Below, one piece after another: positions 7,410 through 13,832 of a stretch of DNA of 24,000 nucleotides. Source of the DNA: Bacillus sp. FJAT-49736 (GTDB taxonomy: Bacteria; Bacillota; Bacilli; Bacillales; Bacillaceae_C); contig NZ_JAGYPI010000002.1 of NCBI RefSeq assembly GCF_018343615.1, forward strand, positions 57,562 to 81,561, written 5' to 3'. Within the stretch, counting starts at the first letter, position 1; every line of letters starts with the position of its first letter. The notes beneath the pieces are model-generated. The model saw only the letters and a list, made by a program, of their open reading frames with translations. It was not told the DNA's origin and made no database searches. The translations under genes and the position numbers were made by a program.

Positions 7410-8357
7410 TTATAGATGTTCGTTTGTTTGTAAAAATTCCATCAACGACTGTTTGTTTTTCTCAACATCAATATTTAATACGTCCCCGACATCCACCCGT
7501 TCATTCTTAAAGGAATCTTTTACTGGTAATCTTAAAGTTTCTGTTTTTTGAGATTTACCAATTATTAAGCCCTTCCCGATTGCCAGAATGGTCGGGGTAT
7601 CGAGGTTTGTATCAATGTAAGGGTCTGCAATACCTAATATCTTAGGAAGATTCACTAAACTGTGTACAGAAGCTGCTTGCTCCTTTAGTTTTCCAATGAC
7701 TTCTTGTTGCCGCTCCACACGTCCAAAATCGCTTAAACGGTCATGACGAAAACGTACATATCCCAAGAGTTGTTTTCCTTGTAGCACTTGTTTCCCTGGA
7801 TGAAGTGTCATCCCAATTCCATAGGACATTTCATATGGGATGTCCACTTCAATTCCTTTCGGCGCAATAATATCCACAATCTTCGAAAATCCTTCGAAAT
7901 CAACAACTGCATAATAATTAATATCCAAATCAAATTCTTCTTTAACTGTTTTCCTTAATAATTCCGGTCCTCCATATGCAAAGGCTGCATTCAATTTTTG
8001 CTTTCCATGATCTGGAACATCTACATACATATCTCTCATCAACGATACAATTTTTAAGCCTTTTGTATTTTGATTATAATGAGCAATCATTATCGTATCG
8101 GATCTAGAATGCTTTTCTCCTCGAGAATCACTTCCAATTAATAAGATATTTATTTCTCCAAATTGCGGTTCTGCCCCTTGAAATGGTGTAAAGGATTGCC
8201 CATCCTTTTTGTATTTACCATCTGCTGCTTCCGATAAGCCCTTGTTATATTGGTAAATACAATAAACAGCCACTGCAATTATGACTAAGATAAATAATAA
8301 TAGGAGGTTTCGTATCCACTTCCGCAGTCCTGGCTTCTTTTTCTTTCTTTGTTCCAT
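7410..8357 (-). CDS. LCP (LytR-CpsA-Psr) family cell-wall glycopolymer ligase
   Basis: 315 aa. N-terminal basic stretch plus one TM. Motifs: INILLIGSDSRG, SDTIMIAHYN, SLMRDMYVDVP, LNAAFAYGGPELL, YYAVVDFEGF. SD GGGGA. Confidence 0.9.
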   Translation of the reverse strand: MEQRKKKKPGLRKWIRNLLLLFILVIIAVAVYCIYQYNKGLSEAADGKYKKDGQSFTPFQGAEPQFGEINILLIGSDSRGEKHSRSDTIMIAHYNQNTKGLKIVSLMRDMYVDVPDHGKQKLNAAFAYGGPELLRKTVKEEFDLDINYYAVVDFEGFSKIVDIIAPKGIEVDIPYEMSYGIGMTLHPGKQVLQGKQLLGYVRFRHDRLSDFGRVERQQEVIGKLKEQAASVHSLVNLPKILGIADPYIDTNLDTPTILAIGKGLIIGKSQKTETLRLPVKDSFKNERVDVGDVLNIDVEKNKQSLMEFLQTNEHL

Positions 8358-8611
8358 CTAAAATTCCCCTAACAAAAAATAAACTGTTATTTTTACTAAT
8401 AGCTGTATTCGTATATTTTGTTACTTTTTTTGTTCTCAACGCTAATAAAAATCGGTTCGGGACATCTTTTGTTAAAACGATTAAAGGATTGTTTTTTAGG
8501 TTATCATCACTAAAGGCAACAAAGTGTAAGAAAATAGCCAAACTAATAGACGCAAACTATGTTCTTATTTTCTGTTAATTAATCTATTAATCTTCTTAAA
8601 AATGTCCTATA

Positions 8612-9259
8612 TTAGTCTTTCATTAATAATAGTCCCATTACTATCTGCACAGCTGTTGCATCATCTAAATAGCCTATAGGAAAAATATAATCGGGAATAA
8701 CATCTACCGGTAGAATAAAATAAATTAAGGCACTCCCTATTAAGATAAGCTCTTTAGGGGTTCCATTACTTAAACGAAATTTTTCATACATCGCTTTCAA
8801 CTGATTAATAAACGGACCAATGCTGCCAACCTTCTGAAGTTTCTCTTCGAACCCTTCCAGAATAGTTTCTTTGCCTTCTTCCGTTTGTGAGTATTGCTCA
8901 TACTTTACTAATTGTTTTTCGATATTTTCTATTGAAAAATTTTTATCATATACATCAGAGGATTCTAATAAGCTTTGTATGTTATTAACGGATACATGGA
9001 TATCGGAAAGCTGCCGATCGTTCCAATCTTCAATTGGATAGCCTGCCGCTTCTAAAAATTTTGTCAATGGCATATCTAGGCACTCTGCAAATTTTCGTAG
9101 GTGTACAGGTGTTGCTTTTCGTTTTCCATTAACAATCCTCGAAATGGTTGCAGTATCAATTCCCGTAAGCTCGCTAAATTTCCTCATTGATAGTGATCGT
9201 TCCTTAAGCAATTCTTTTAAGAGAATACCTACCTGATCATTTTTTCCCTCTATCGTCAT
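8612..9259 (-). CDS. XRE-family HTH protein fused to a C-terminal DUF1232 (YkvA-type) module, paralog 1
   Basis: 215 aa. The HTH is SLSMRKFSELTGIDTATISRIVNGKRKATPVHL. The C-terminus LIYFILPVDVIPDYIFPIGYLDDATAVQIV matches the DUF1232 signature (Y-F-I-x-P-x-D-x-I-P-D-x-x-P-x-x-G-x-x-DD). Confidence 0.8.
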   Translation of the reverse strand: MTIEGKNDQVGILLKELLKERSLSMRKFSELTGIDTATISRIVNGKRKATPVHLRKFAECLDMPLTKFLEAAGYPIEDWNDRQLSDIHVSVNNIQSLLESSDVYDKNFSIENIEKQLVKYEQYSQTEEGKETILEGFEEKLQKVGSIGPFINQLKAMYEKFRLSNGTPKELILIGSALIYFILPVDVIPDYIFPIGYLDDATAVQIVMGLLLMKD

Positions 9260-9375
9260 TTTTGATTTTTTCCTTTCTCCTTCTATAAGATTGGATATAG
9301 GTGTCGAAAACTTTCGTACATTTCTTCTTTTAACTACAGATTATTTATTTATCTATTAAATAATTCTACTAAGTT

Positions 9376-9405
9376 ACCATACTTTTTTATTGACATTTTG
9401 TCAAC
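9376..9405 (-). promoter_or_regulatory. SigA-type promoter (TTGACA-17-TATGGT) whose -35 is embedded in the palindrome GTTGACAAAATGTCAAT
   Basis: The minus strand 9405->9376 reads GTTGACAAAATGTCAATAAAAAAGTATGGT. The palindrome spans 9389-9405. The site is about 110-130 nt upstream of the 8612-9259 start codon. Confidence 0.45.
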
Positions 9406-9558
9406 ATTCAACGGATTTTGAAAATAAACAGCAAAAAGCCTAACAAATCGATGCGCCCTATTTATAGGACAAGCATTGAATCTTGTAATAATATTTTATT
9501 GTCATACAGAACTTGTTAATATCGTAAAATATAAAGACGGAAATTCTACCAGACTTAT

Positions 9559-10191
9559 TTAGAAAAAGGCTGTGAATGCAATGATTAAAATAATCACTCC
9601 ACTTACAATTGCTCCAAATTGGCCCACTGTAAAGGAACCAATCCGAATATCTGCCACTCTGCTTCCTAGCTTCACCCCTGCCCAAACACTTAAAAAGCTT
9701 CCTATTGCCGCAGTTATGGAAATAGCTAAAGGGGACAAACCAAGCAATCCTGCACCCAGGCCATTCGTGAGGGCATTGGCGGAAAGTGCTACTCCAAGAA
9801 AAGAAGCTTCTATCCAATTAATTTCTCCAGAATGGTCCATATCAGCAACCTCTGGATTTTTTAGAATACCCTTCAGACTCTTAGACTGTCTTTCTTGCAT
9901 TTTGTCTGTTTGAGAGGCACCATTTCTCCGTGGAACGGCTAATAAAATAATCCTTATACCGATGATAAACAAGAGAACTGCTCCAATGACTACTGGAAAC
10001 ACTCCTGGAATCACTTTCGATAGCCACATTCCAAATGTAATGCCTCCCATACTCAAGAGGAAACAAATGAGAGAAATCAGCGTATTTGCCCACAGCCCTA
10101 TTCGTATTTTCCGAATACCGTATGAAATTCCGACACCTAAATTATCTATACTTGATGAAGCCGCAAAGGCTAATATCATAATCCAAATCAA
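9559..10191 (-). CDS. ytaF: Sporulation membrane protein YtaF (MntP/DUF204-fold)
   Basis: The track ORF is 9559-10248. I prefer in-frame TTG 10191, which lies 9 nt after AAGGAG (10206->10201) and gives 211 aa. The motifs LAFAASSSIDNLGVGISYG and LKNPEVADMDHSGEINWIEASFLGVALSANALTNGLGAGLLGLSP match the YtaF pattern as I remember it from B. subtilis. Confidence 0.8.
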   Translation of the reverse strand: MIWIMILAFAASSSIDNLGVGISYGIRKIRIGLWANTLISLICFLLSMGGITFGMWLSKVIPGVFPVVIGAVLLFIIGIRIILLAVPRRNGASQTDKMQERQSKSLKGILKNPEVADMDHSGEINWIEASFLGVALSANALTNGLGAGLLGLSPLAISITAAIGSFLSVWAGVKLGSRVADIRIGSFTVGQFGAIVSGVIILIIAFTAFF

Positions 10192-10263
10192 TGTAGAACA
10201 CTCCTTCATTTTTTTACATTGTATTGAGCAAATTGACAGAAAGTGCACGTCTATCCCAATAAT

Positions 10264-10280
10264 GTTGAGAAAATCTCAAC
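10264..10280 (+). promoter_or_regulatory. 17-bp perfect palindrome GTTGAGAAAATCTCAAC (candidate operator)
   Basis: Read directly from the sequence. It lies 33 nt upstream of ATG 10314 and just downstream of TTGACA (10233-10238) and an AATAAT-like -10 (10258-10263, non-ideal 19-nt spacing). Confidence 0.45.
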
Positions 10281-10313
10281 ACCTTTTAAATAATTACAAA
10301 GGAGTGATTCCAT

Positions 10314-10973
10314 ATGACCGAAAAAAGAAAAGGTGAGAATCAATTTGGAAAGTTATTGAAGGATTTACTAAAGGAGTGCTCTCTTTCTATGAGGAAACTC
10401 AGTCAGCTTACTGGGATCGATACAGCGACTATTTCACGGATTGCTAACCAAAAACAACAGCCCAAGCCTACACATTTACAGCAATTCGCCTTTCATCTAC
10501 AAGTACCGTTATCTACACTTATGAATGCGGCAGGGTACAGTCAAGATCAGCTTGAAGACAGGCAATCCGATTTATTTCGTTCGCTTGAATCGATTCAAGA
10601 TATACTCGTTTCATCCGATTTATTGGAACACCAGTTTACTATAGAAAAAATACATCAGGAATTGGCAAAATATGAGCATTACGCTCTTACTTCCGAAGGA
10701 AAGTCAACGATACTGAAGGAATTCGAACAAAAAGTAGAACAGGTTAAAGGTGCAGGACCTTTTATTGATGAACTGAAGGTTATGTACAAGAACTATTGTG
10801 CTGATACACAATCCATTGAAAGAAGGAGAATTCTTGGGAGTGTTCTATTATATTTTATTCTATCAACGGATATTATACCTGATTATGTGTTTCCATTTGG
10901 ATATGTAGATGATTGTCTAGCGGTTCAAATAGGCTTGGAGAGACTTTCAAAACTAGAGGGAAATAATGTATAA
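10314..10973 (+). CDS. XRE-family HTH protein fused to a C-terminal DUF1232 (YkvA-type) module, paralog 2
   Basis: 219 aa with SD AAAGGAG. The HTH is SLSMRKLSQLTGIDTATISRIANQKQQPKPTHL. The C-terminus is LLYFILSTDIIPDYVFPFGYVDDCLAVQI. It is collinear with the 8612-9259 product. Confidence 0.8.
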   Translation: MTEKRKGENQFGKLLKDLLKECSLSMRKLSQLTGIDTATISRIANQKQQPKPTHLQQFAFHLQVPLSTLMNAAGYSQDQLEDRQSDLFRSLESIQDILVSSDLLEHQFTIEKIHQELAKYEHYALTSEGKSTILKEFEQKVEQVKGAGPFIDELKVMYKNYCADTQSIERRRILGSVLLYFILSTDIIPDYVFPFGYVDDCLAVQIGLERLSKLEGNNV

Positions 10974-11029
10974 TCCAATAACCCGCCATCCTTTAATAGC
11001 TCAAAAAAAGGCGGGCATTGGTGTTAGCT

Positions 11030-12373
11030 TTATATATGAAGCAATATTTTGGCCAAGGAAAAGTACAGAATGAGACCTGTTCCATCGACTAAAGTAGTAA
11101 TGAATGGCCCAGAAACGACAGCCGGGTCAATTTTTAATTTGTGCAAAATCATCGGTAGTACAGCCGCAACCATTGATGCCCAGATGACGATGAATAGTGC
11201 TGATATGGCGACAACAGAGCTGATATGAATACTAACCCCAAGGAAAAAGGCACGAATAATTGCAACAATTCCCATTGATATCCCTAAGAAAACACCTGTA
11301 GATACTTCCTTTCGAAATACTCTAAACATGTCCTTGAACTGCACTTCACCGACAGCCAATGCCCGAACTAACGTGGTAACGGTTTGAGATCCTGTATTCC
11401 CACCTGTTCCTATTAGTAATGGTACAAAAAAAGACAATGCAATTTGCTTTGAAAGCGTGTCTTCATAATGTCTTAATACTGTTCCTGTATAAGCTTCTGC
11501 TATAAACAATACTAATAACCAGCCAATTCTTTTTCTATATAGATTCCAAATAGAATTTTTAAAATACGGCTCATCTAGCGGCTGACTTCCTCCTAGCTTT
11601 TGAAAATCCTCCGTTGCCTCCTCATGAATAACATCAATAAGATCATCTACCGTAAGTATTCCAATCATCCTTTGATCTTGTGTTATAACCGGAATAGCTA
11701 CAAGATCGTATTTACTCAGAACCTCTGCCGCTTCCTGCTGATCGGCATGAACCAAAACGGAAATAGTATCACCTTGAATTATTTCTTCTAATCTTGTACC
11801 CGATTTTGCTAAAATGATTTCTTTTAAGGAAACGACTCCAACTAGTTCACCGCGGCTCCCCAGTACATATATATAAGAAACAATTTCAGCCTCCTTGCCC
11901 ACCTTTCTTATATGCTGTAATGTTTGATCAACCGTCCAATTAATTCGGGCAGCAATATAATCTACGGTTGCAAGTCTCCCTGCCGTATTTGATTCATAGC
12001 TCATTAGTATATTTATTTTTGCCCGATAATCATCAGGCAAAAAGTCCATTAATCTCTTAGCCTGATGTGGATGAATGGATAAAAGCAAATTTACGATAGT
12101 ATCACTAGACATTTCATTTAATAATGAGGAAGTGAAATTATCCTTAATATGATGTAAGACCTTATATTGCAGTTCCGGTTCTATATATTCAAGGATTTCA
12201 GCACCTAATTGAATTGGCAATAAGGAAATAAATAATAATTGCTCTTCTTTTTCTAACTCAACCAACATCTCTGCAATATCGAAAGGTTGAAAATGGGATA
12301 CGAAATCATTTATCTGATCCAGATTCTGTTCATTTAGAAGTTGTTTGATTTCTTGAATGTTGTTTTGTTCCAT
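11030..12373 (-). CDS. mgtE: Magnesium transporter MgtE
   Basis: 447 aa with SD AGGAGG. It has an MgtE N-domain, a tandem CBS region and a C-terminal 5-TM domain with LIGTGGNTGSQ. An M-box riboswitch lies upstream. Confidence 0.95.
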   Translation of the reverse strand: MEQNNIQEIKQLLNEQNLDQINDFVSHFQPFDIAEMLVELEKEEQLLFISLLPIQLGAEILEYIEPELQYKVLHHIKDNFTSSLLNEMSSDTIVNLLLSIHPHQAKRLMDFLPDDYRAKINILMSYESNTAGRLATVDYIAARINWTVDQTLQHIRKVGKEAEIVSYIYVLGSRGELVGVVSLKEIILAKSGTRLEEIIQGDTISVLVHADQQEAAEVLSKYDLVAIPVITQDQRMIGILTVDDLIDVIHEEATEDFQKLGGSQPLDEPYFKNSIWNLYRKRIGWLLVLFIAEAYTGTVLRHYEDTLSKQIALSFFVPLLIGTGGNTGSQTVTTLVRALAVGEVQFKDMFRVFRKEVSTGVFLGISMGIVAIIRAFFLGVSIHISSVVAISALFIVIWASMVAAVLPMILHKLKIDPAVVSGPFITTLVDGTGLILYFSLAKILLHI

Positions 12374-12385
12374 GACCTTTCCTCC

Positions 12386-12499
12386 TTATGATGCAAGGAA
12401 TAAGGGGTTCTGCAAGCCGTTAGACAAAGACTGATACAACTTTCTTATTCCTGCATAGTTTGTTTCATAAACATATTTTGTACTCGGGTCCTCGTCCAT
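12386..12499 (-). CDS. Unannotated 37-aa ORF between the M-box terminator and mgtE (hypothetical small protein or leader ORF)
   Basis: SD GGAGGTGA (12512->12505) is followed by ATG at 12499. Translation: MDEDPSTKYVYETNYAGIRKLYQSLSNGLQNPLFLAS. The TAA stop (12388->12386) directly abuts the mgtE SD GGAGG (12385->12381). I translated it by hand; it is below the ORF-track cutoff. Confidence 0.4.
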   Translation of the reverse strand: MDEDPSTKYVYETNYAGIRKLYQSLSNGLQNPLFLAS

Positions 12500-12605
12500 C
12501 GACGTCACCTCCAGATTACGGAATATACATTCGTTATAAAACATCTAAACTAGTAGTACTCTATGTTGAAAGTTGGTTCATTCCTGTACAAAAGACCATA
12601 CTAAA

Positions 12606-12650
12606 CAAAAAAAATAGCCTTTATTTCTCAGACATAAGGAAATAAAGGCT
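12606..12650 (-). terminator. Intrinsic terminator of the M-box expression platform
   Basis: On the minus strand, AGCCTTTATTTC (12650->12639) pairs with GAAATAAAGGCT (12627->12616) across an 11-nt loop, followed by ATTTTTTTTG. Confidence 0.85.
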
Positions 12651-12710
12651 TTGTTCGTAAAACTATTAACCATGACAGACTGCACAAGAAATCAGCTTTA
12701 ACTAGCACAC

Positions 12711-12870
12711 TCTGTTTCCCTCGCTTGAGCTTTAGCACTGTATAGCATAGGTAAACAATACCAGCTACATTAAGAAAGACCTTATTCCGATCCTTCCTGT
12801 TGACCCATTGGCGTCTCTCGACATTTTTGGGCAGCAGCATATCTCTATACAGGAGCCTCACCTAACAGAA
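12711..12870 (-). promoter_or_regulatory. M-box (ykoK leader) Mg2+-sensing riboswitch aptamer
   Basis: The minus strand reads UCUGUUAGGUGAGGCUCCUGUAUAGAGAUAUGCUGCUGCCCAAAAAUGUCGAGAGACGCCAAUGGGUCAACAGGAAGGAUCGGAAUAAGGUCUUUCUUAAUGUAGCUGGUAUUGUUUACCUAUGCUAUACAGUGCUAAAGCUCAAGCGAGGGAAACAGA. This is near-identical in its conserved blocks to the B. subtilis mgtE M-box as I recall it. P1 closes as UCUGUU/AACAGA. Confidence 0.95.
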
Positions 12871-12897
12871 TACATAGAGTAATATTAAACTATTTAT

Positions 12898-12927
12898 AAT
12901 ATATTTTTATTTTGACAAATTGTCAAC
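12898..12927 (-). promoter_or_regulatory. SigA-type promoter of the M-box/mgtE transcript (TTGACA-17-TATATT) with the -35 embedded in the palindrome GTTGACAATTTGTCAA
   Basis: The minus strand 12927->12898 reads GTTGACAATTTGTCAAAATAAAAATATATT. The -10 ends about 27 nt upstream of the aptamer 5' end. Confidence 0.6.
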
Positions 12928-12969
12928 GAAATATAGAGGAGTTAACTGTGTTTTTTAGCTTATAAATAT

Positions 12970-13440
12970 TCAGTATTTCATTAACAAAGCATTCTGAACA
13001 TTTTGCGCATCCTTCTCTAATATTTTTTGTAAATTAAGTGCTGGGTAAAGGCTATTATTATTCATGTATTCAAAAATCCTCGAATGCCAGCTAATAACGA
13101 TATTAAGATGGCGATGAAAAACAGAACGCAATTCCGACGGGGTTGTTTCCGCTATAGCACTTGCATACATTTTAATGGAAGTTTTTGCCGCTCCTAATAA
13201 ATCCCCTGCAAAAAAGTGCGGCTCATTTCTTCGGCGGCTATATTCATTCGGTGTATTTGCAGTATAAGGCAATAAATCCTTTAAATTCTTTTCCACTAAT
13301 TTTATCGAGTAAAGATATAAATCATGGAGTTCATGGTCAATTACTTTTCGGACAGACATTTTTAATTGAATTAAACAGTTTGCCTGGAATGTTAATAATT
13401 CATGGAGCTCCAATGATTCATGCCATGCCAACTGATTCAT
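12970..13440 (-). CDS. cotF: Spore coat protein F
   Basis: 156 aa with SD GGGAG. The motifs LAWHESLELHELLTFQANCLIQLKMSVRKV.DHELHDLY and FFAGDLLGAAKTSIKMYASAIAETTPSELRSVF match B. subtilis CotF (about 160 aa) as I recall it. It is a Coat_F domain protein. Confidence 0.85.
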   Translation of the reverse strand: MNQLAWHESLELHELLTFQANCLIQLKMSVRKVIDHELHDLYLYSIKLVEKNLKDLLPYTANTPNEYSRRRNEPHFFAGDLLGAAKTSIKMYASAIAETTPSELRSVFHRHLNIVISWHSRIFEYMNNNSLYPALNLQKILEKDAQNVQNALLMKY

Positions 13441-13468
13441 GCAAGTTACTCCCTTTTAATTTTTTATG

Positions 13469-13477
13469 TATCATATG
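13469..13477 (-). promoter_or_regulatory. SigK-type -10 element CATATGATA upstream of cotF
   Basis: This is an exact fit to CATAnnnTA and ends 28 nt upstream of ATG 13440. I found no properly spaced -35 AC: the nearest AC is 20 nt away against an expected 16-17. Only the -10 is supported. Confidence 0.35.
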
Positions 13478-13625
13478 CCCATTAAATCTTTTTTGCAGTT
13501 TGTCCAATGAACTTTAGGAGAGTAGTTAGGCAGCTGCCTTTTTGAAGTGGTCCTATTAAACATTCTCCATGTAACGGAATATAAAGAGAGTAGGGAAACA
13601 TGCCCTTTTAATAAACGGACAGCAT

Positions 13626-13651
13626 GTGTAATTTTATATACTTTTGGGTAT
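13626..13651 (+). promoter_or_regulatory. SigB-type promoter GTGTAA-N14-GGGTAT
   Basis: The -35 GTGTAA (13626-13631) matches 5/6 of GTTTAA. After a 14-nt spacer, the -10 GGGTAT (13646-13651) is an exact match. It lies about 30 nt upstream of ATG 13683. Confidence 0.5.
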
Positions 13652-13682
13652 TGTAACCATAAAGAGAAAGGAGTTTTGAGAT

Positions 13683-13829
13683 ATGCTTTGGACCATAATA
13701 ATTATATTAATTATTTTATGGGTTCTCGGATTAATAGGTCATATTGCAGGTGGCCTCATTCATCTGCTGCTTATCATTGCGGTAGTTCTCATTATTTTGA
13801 AACTGATAAGAAGAATAGGTAGAAGATAG
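13683..13829 (+). CDS. Unannotated 48-aa hydrophobic mini-protein (lmo0937-family-like membrane protein)
   Basis: AAGGAG (13668-13673) lies 9 nt upstream of the ATG. Translation: MLWTIIIILIILWVLGLIGHIAGGLIHLLLIIAVVLIILKLIRRIGRR, ending at TAG 13827-13829. The HxAGGLIHxLL core and size match the family as I recall it. The 91-aa track ORF 13547-13822 is in another frame and lacks an SD. Confidence 0.7.
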   Translation: MLWTIIIILIILWVLGLIGHIAGGLIHLLLIIAVVLIILKLIRRIGRR

Positions 13830-13832
13830 AGG

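Noticed and set aside
9458-10336. Track ORFs 9458-9817 (-), 9572-9913 (+), 9881-10093 (-) and 9962-10336 (+) around ytaF.
   Set aside because: They are out of frame with or antisense to the ytaF-like gene, whose translation matches a known family. None has a convincing SD.
10982-11015. CCCGCC ... GGCGGG inverted repeat between the convergent paralog-2 and mgtE genes, considered as a possible terminator.
   Set aside because: The stem is only 6 bp, the loop is 22 nt, and no T-run follows on either strand. The A/T run lies inside the loop. It is too weak to call.
12628-12861. 77-aa minus-strand track ORF upstream of mgtE.
   Set aside because: It lies entirely within the M-box riboswitch aptamer and its expression platform. 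It has no SD. The region is explained by the structured RNA.
13478-13499. The -35 AC element for the SigK-type cotF promoter.
   Set aside because: The nearest AC is 20 nt upstream of CATATGATA against an expected 16-17 nt. Only the -10 is reported.
13547-13822. 91-aa plus-strand track ORF.
   Set aside because: It has no SD and starts in the cotF promoter region. A different frame gives a well-initiated 48-aa membrane mini-protein (13683-13829) that better explains the coding signal.
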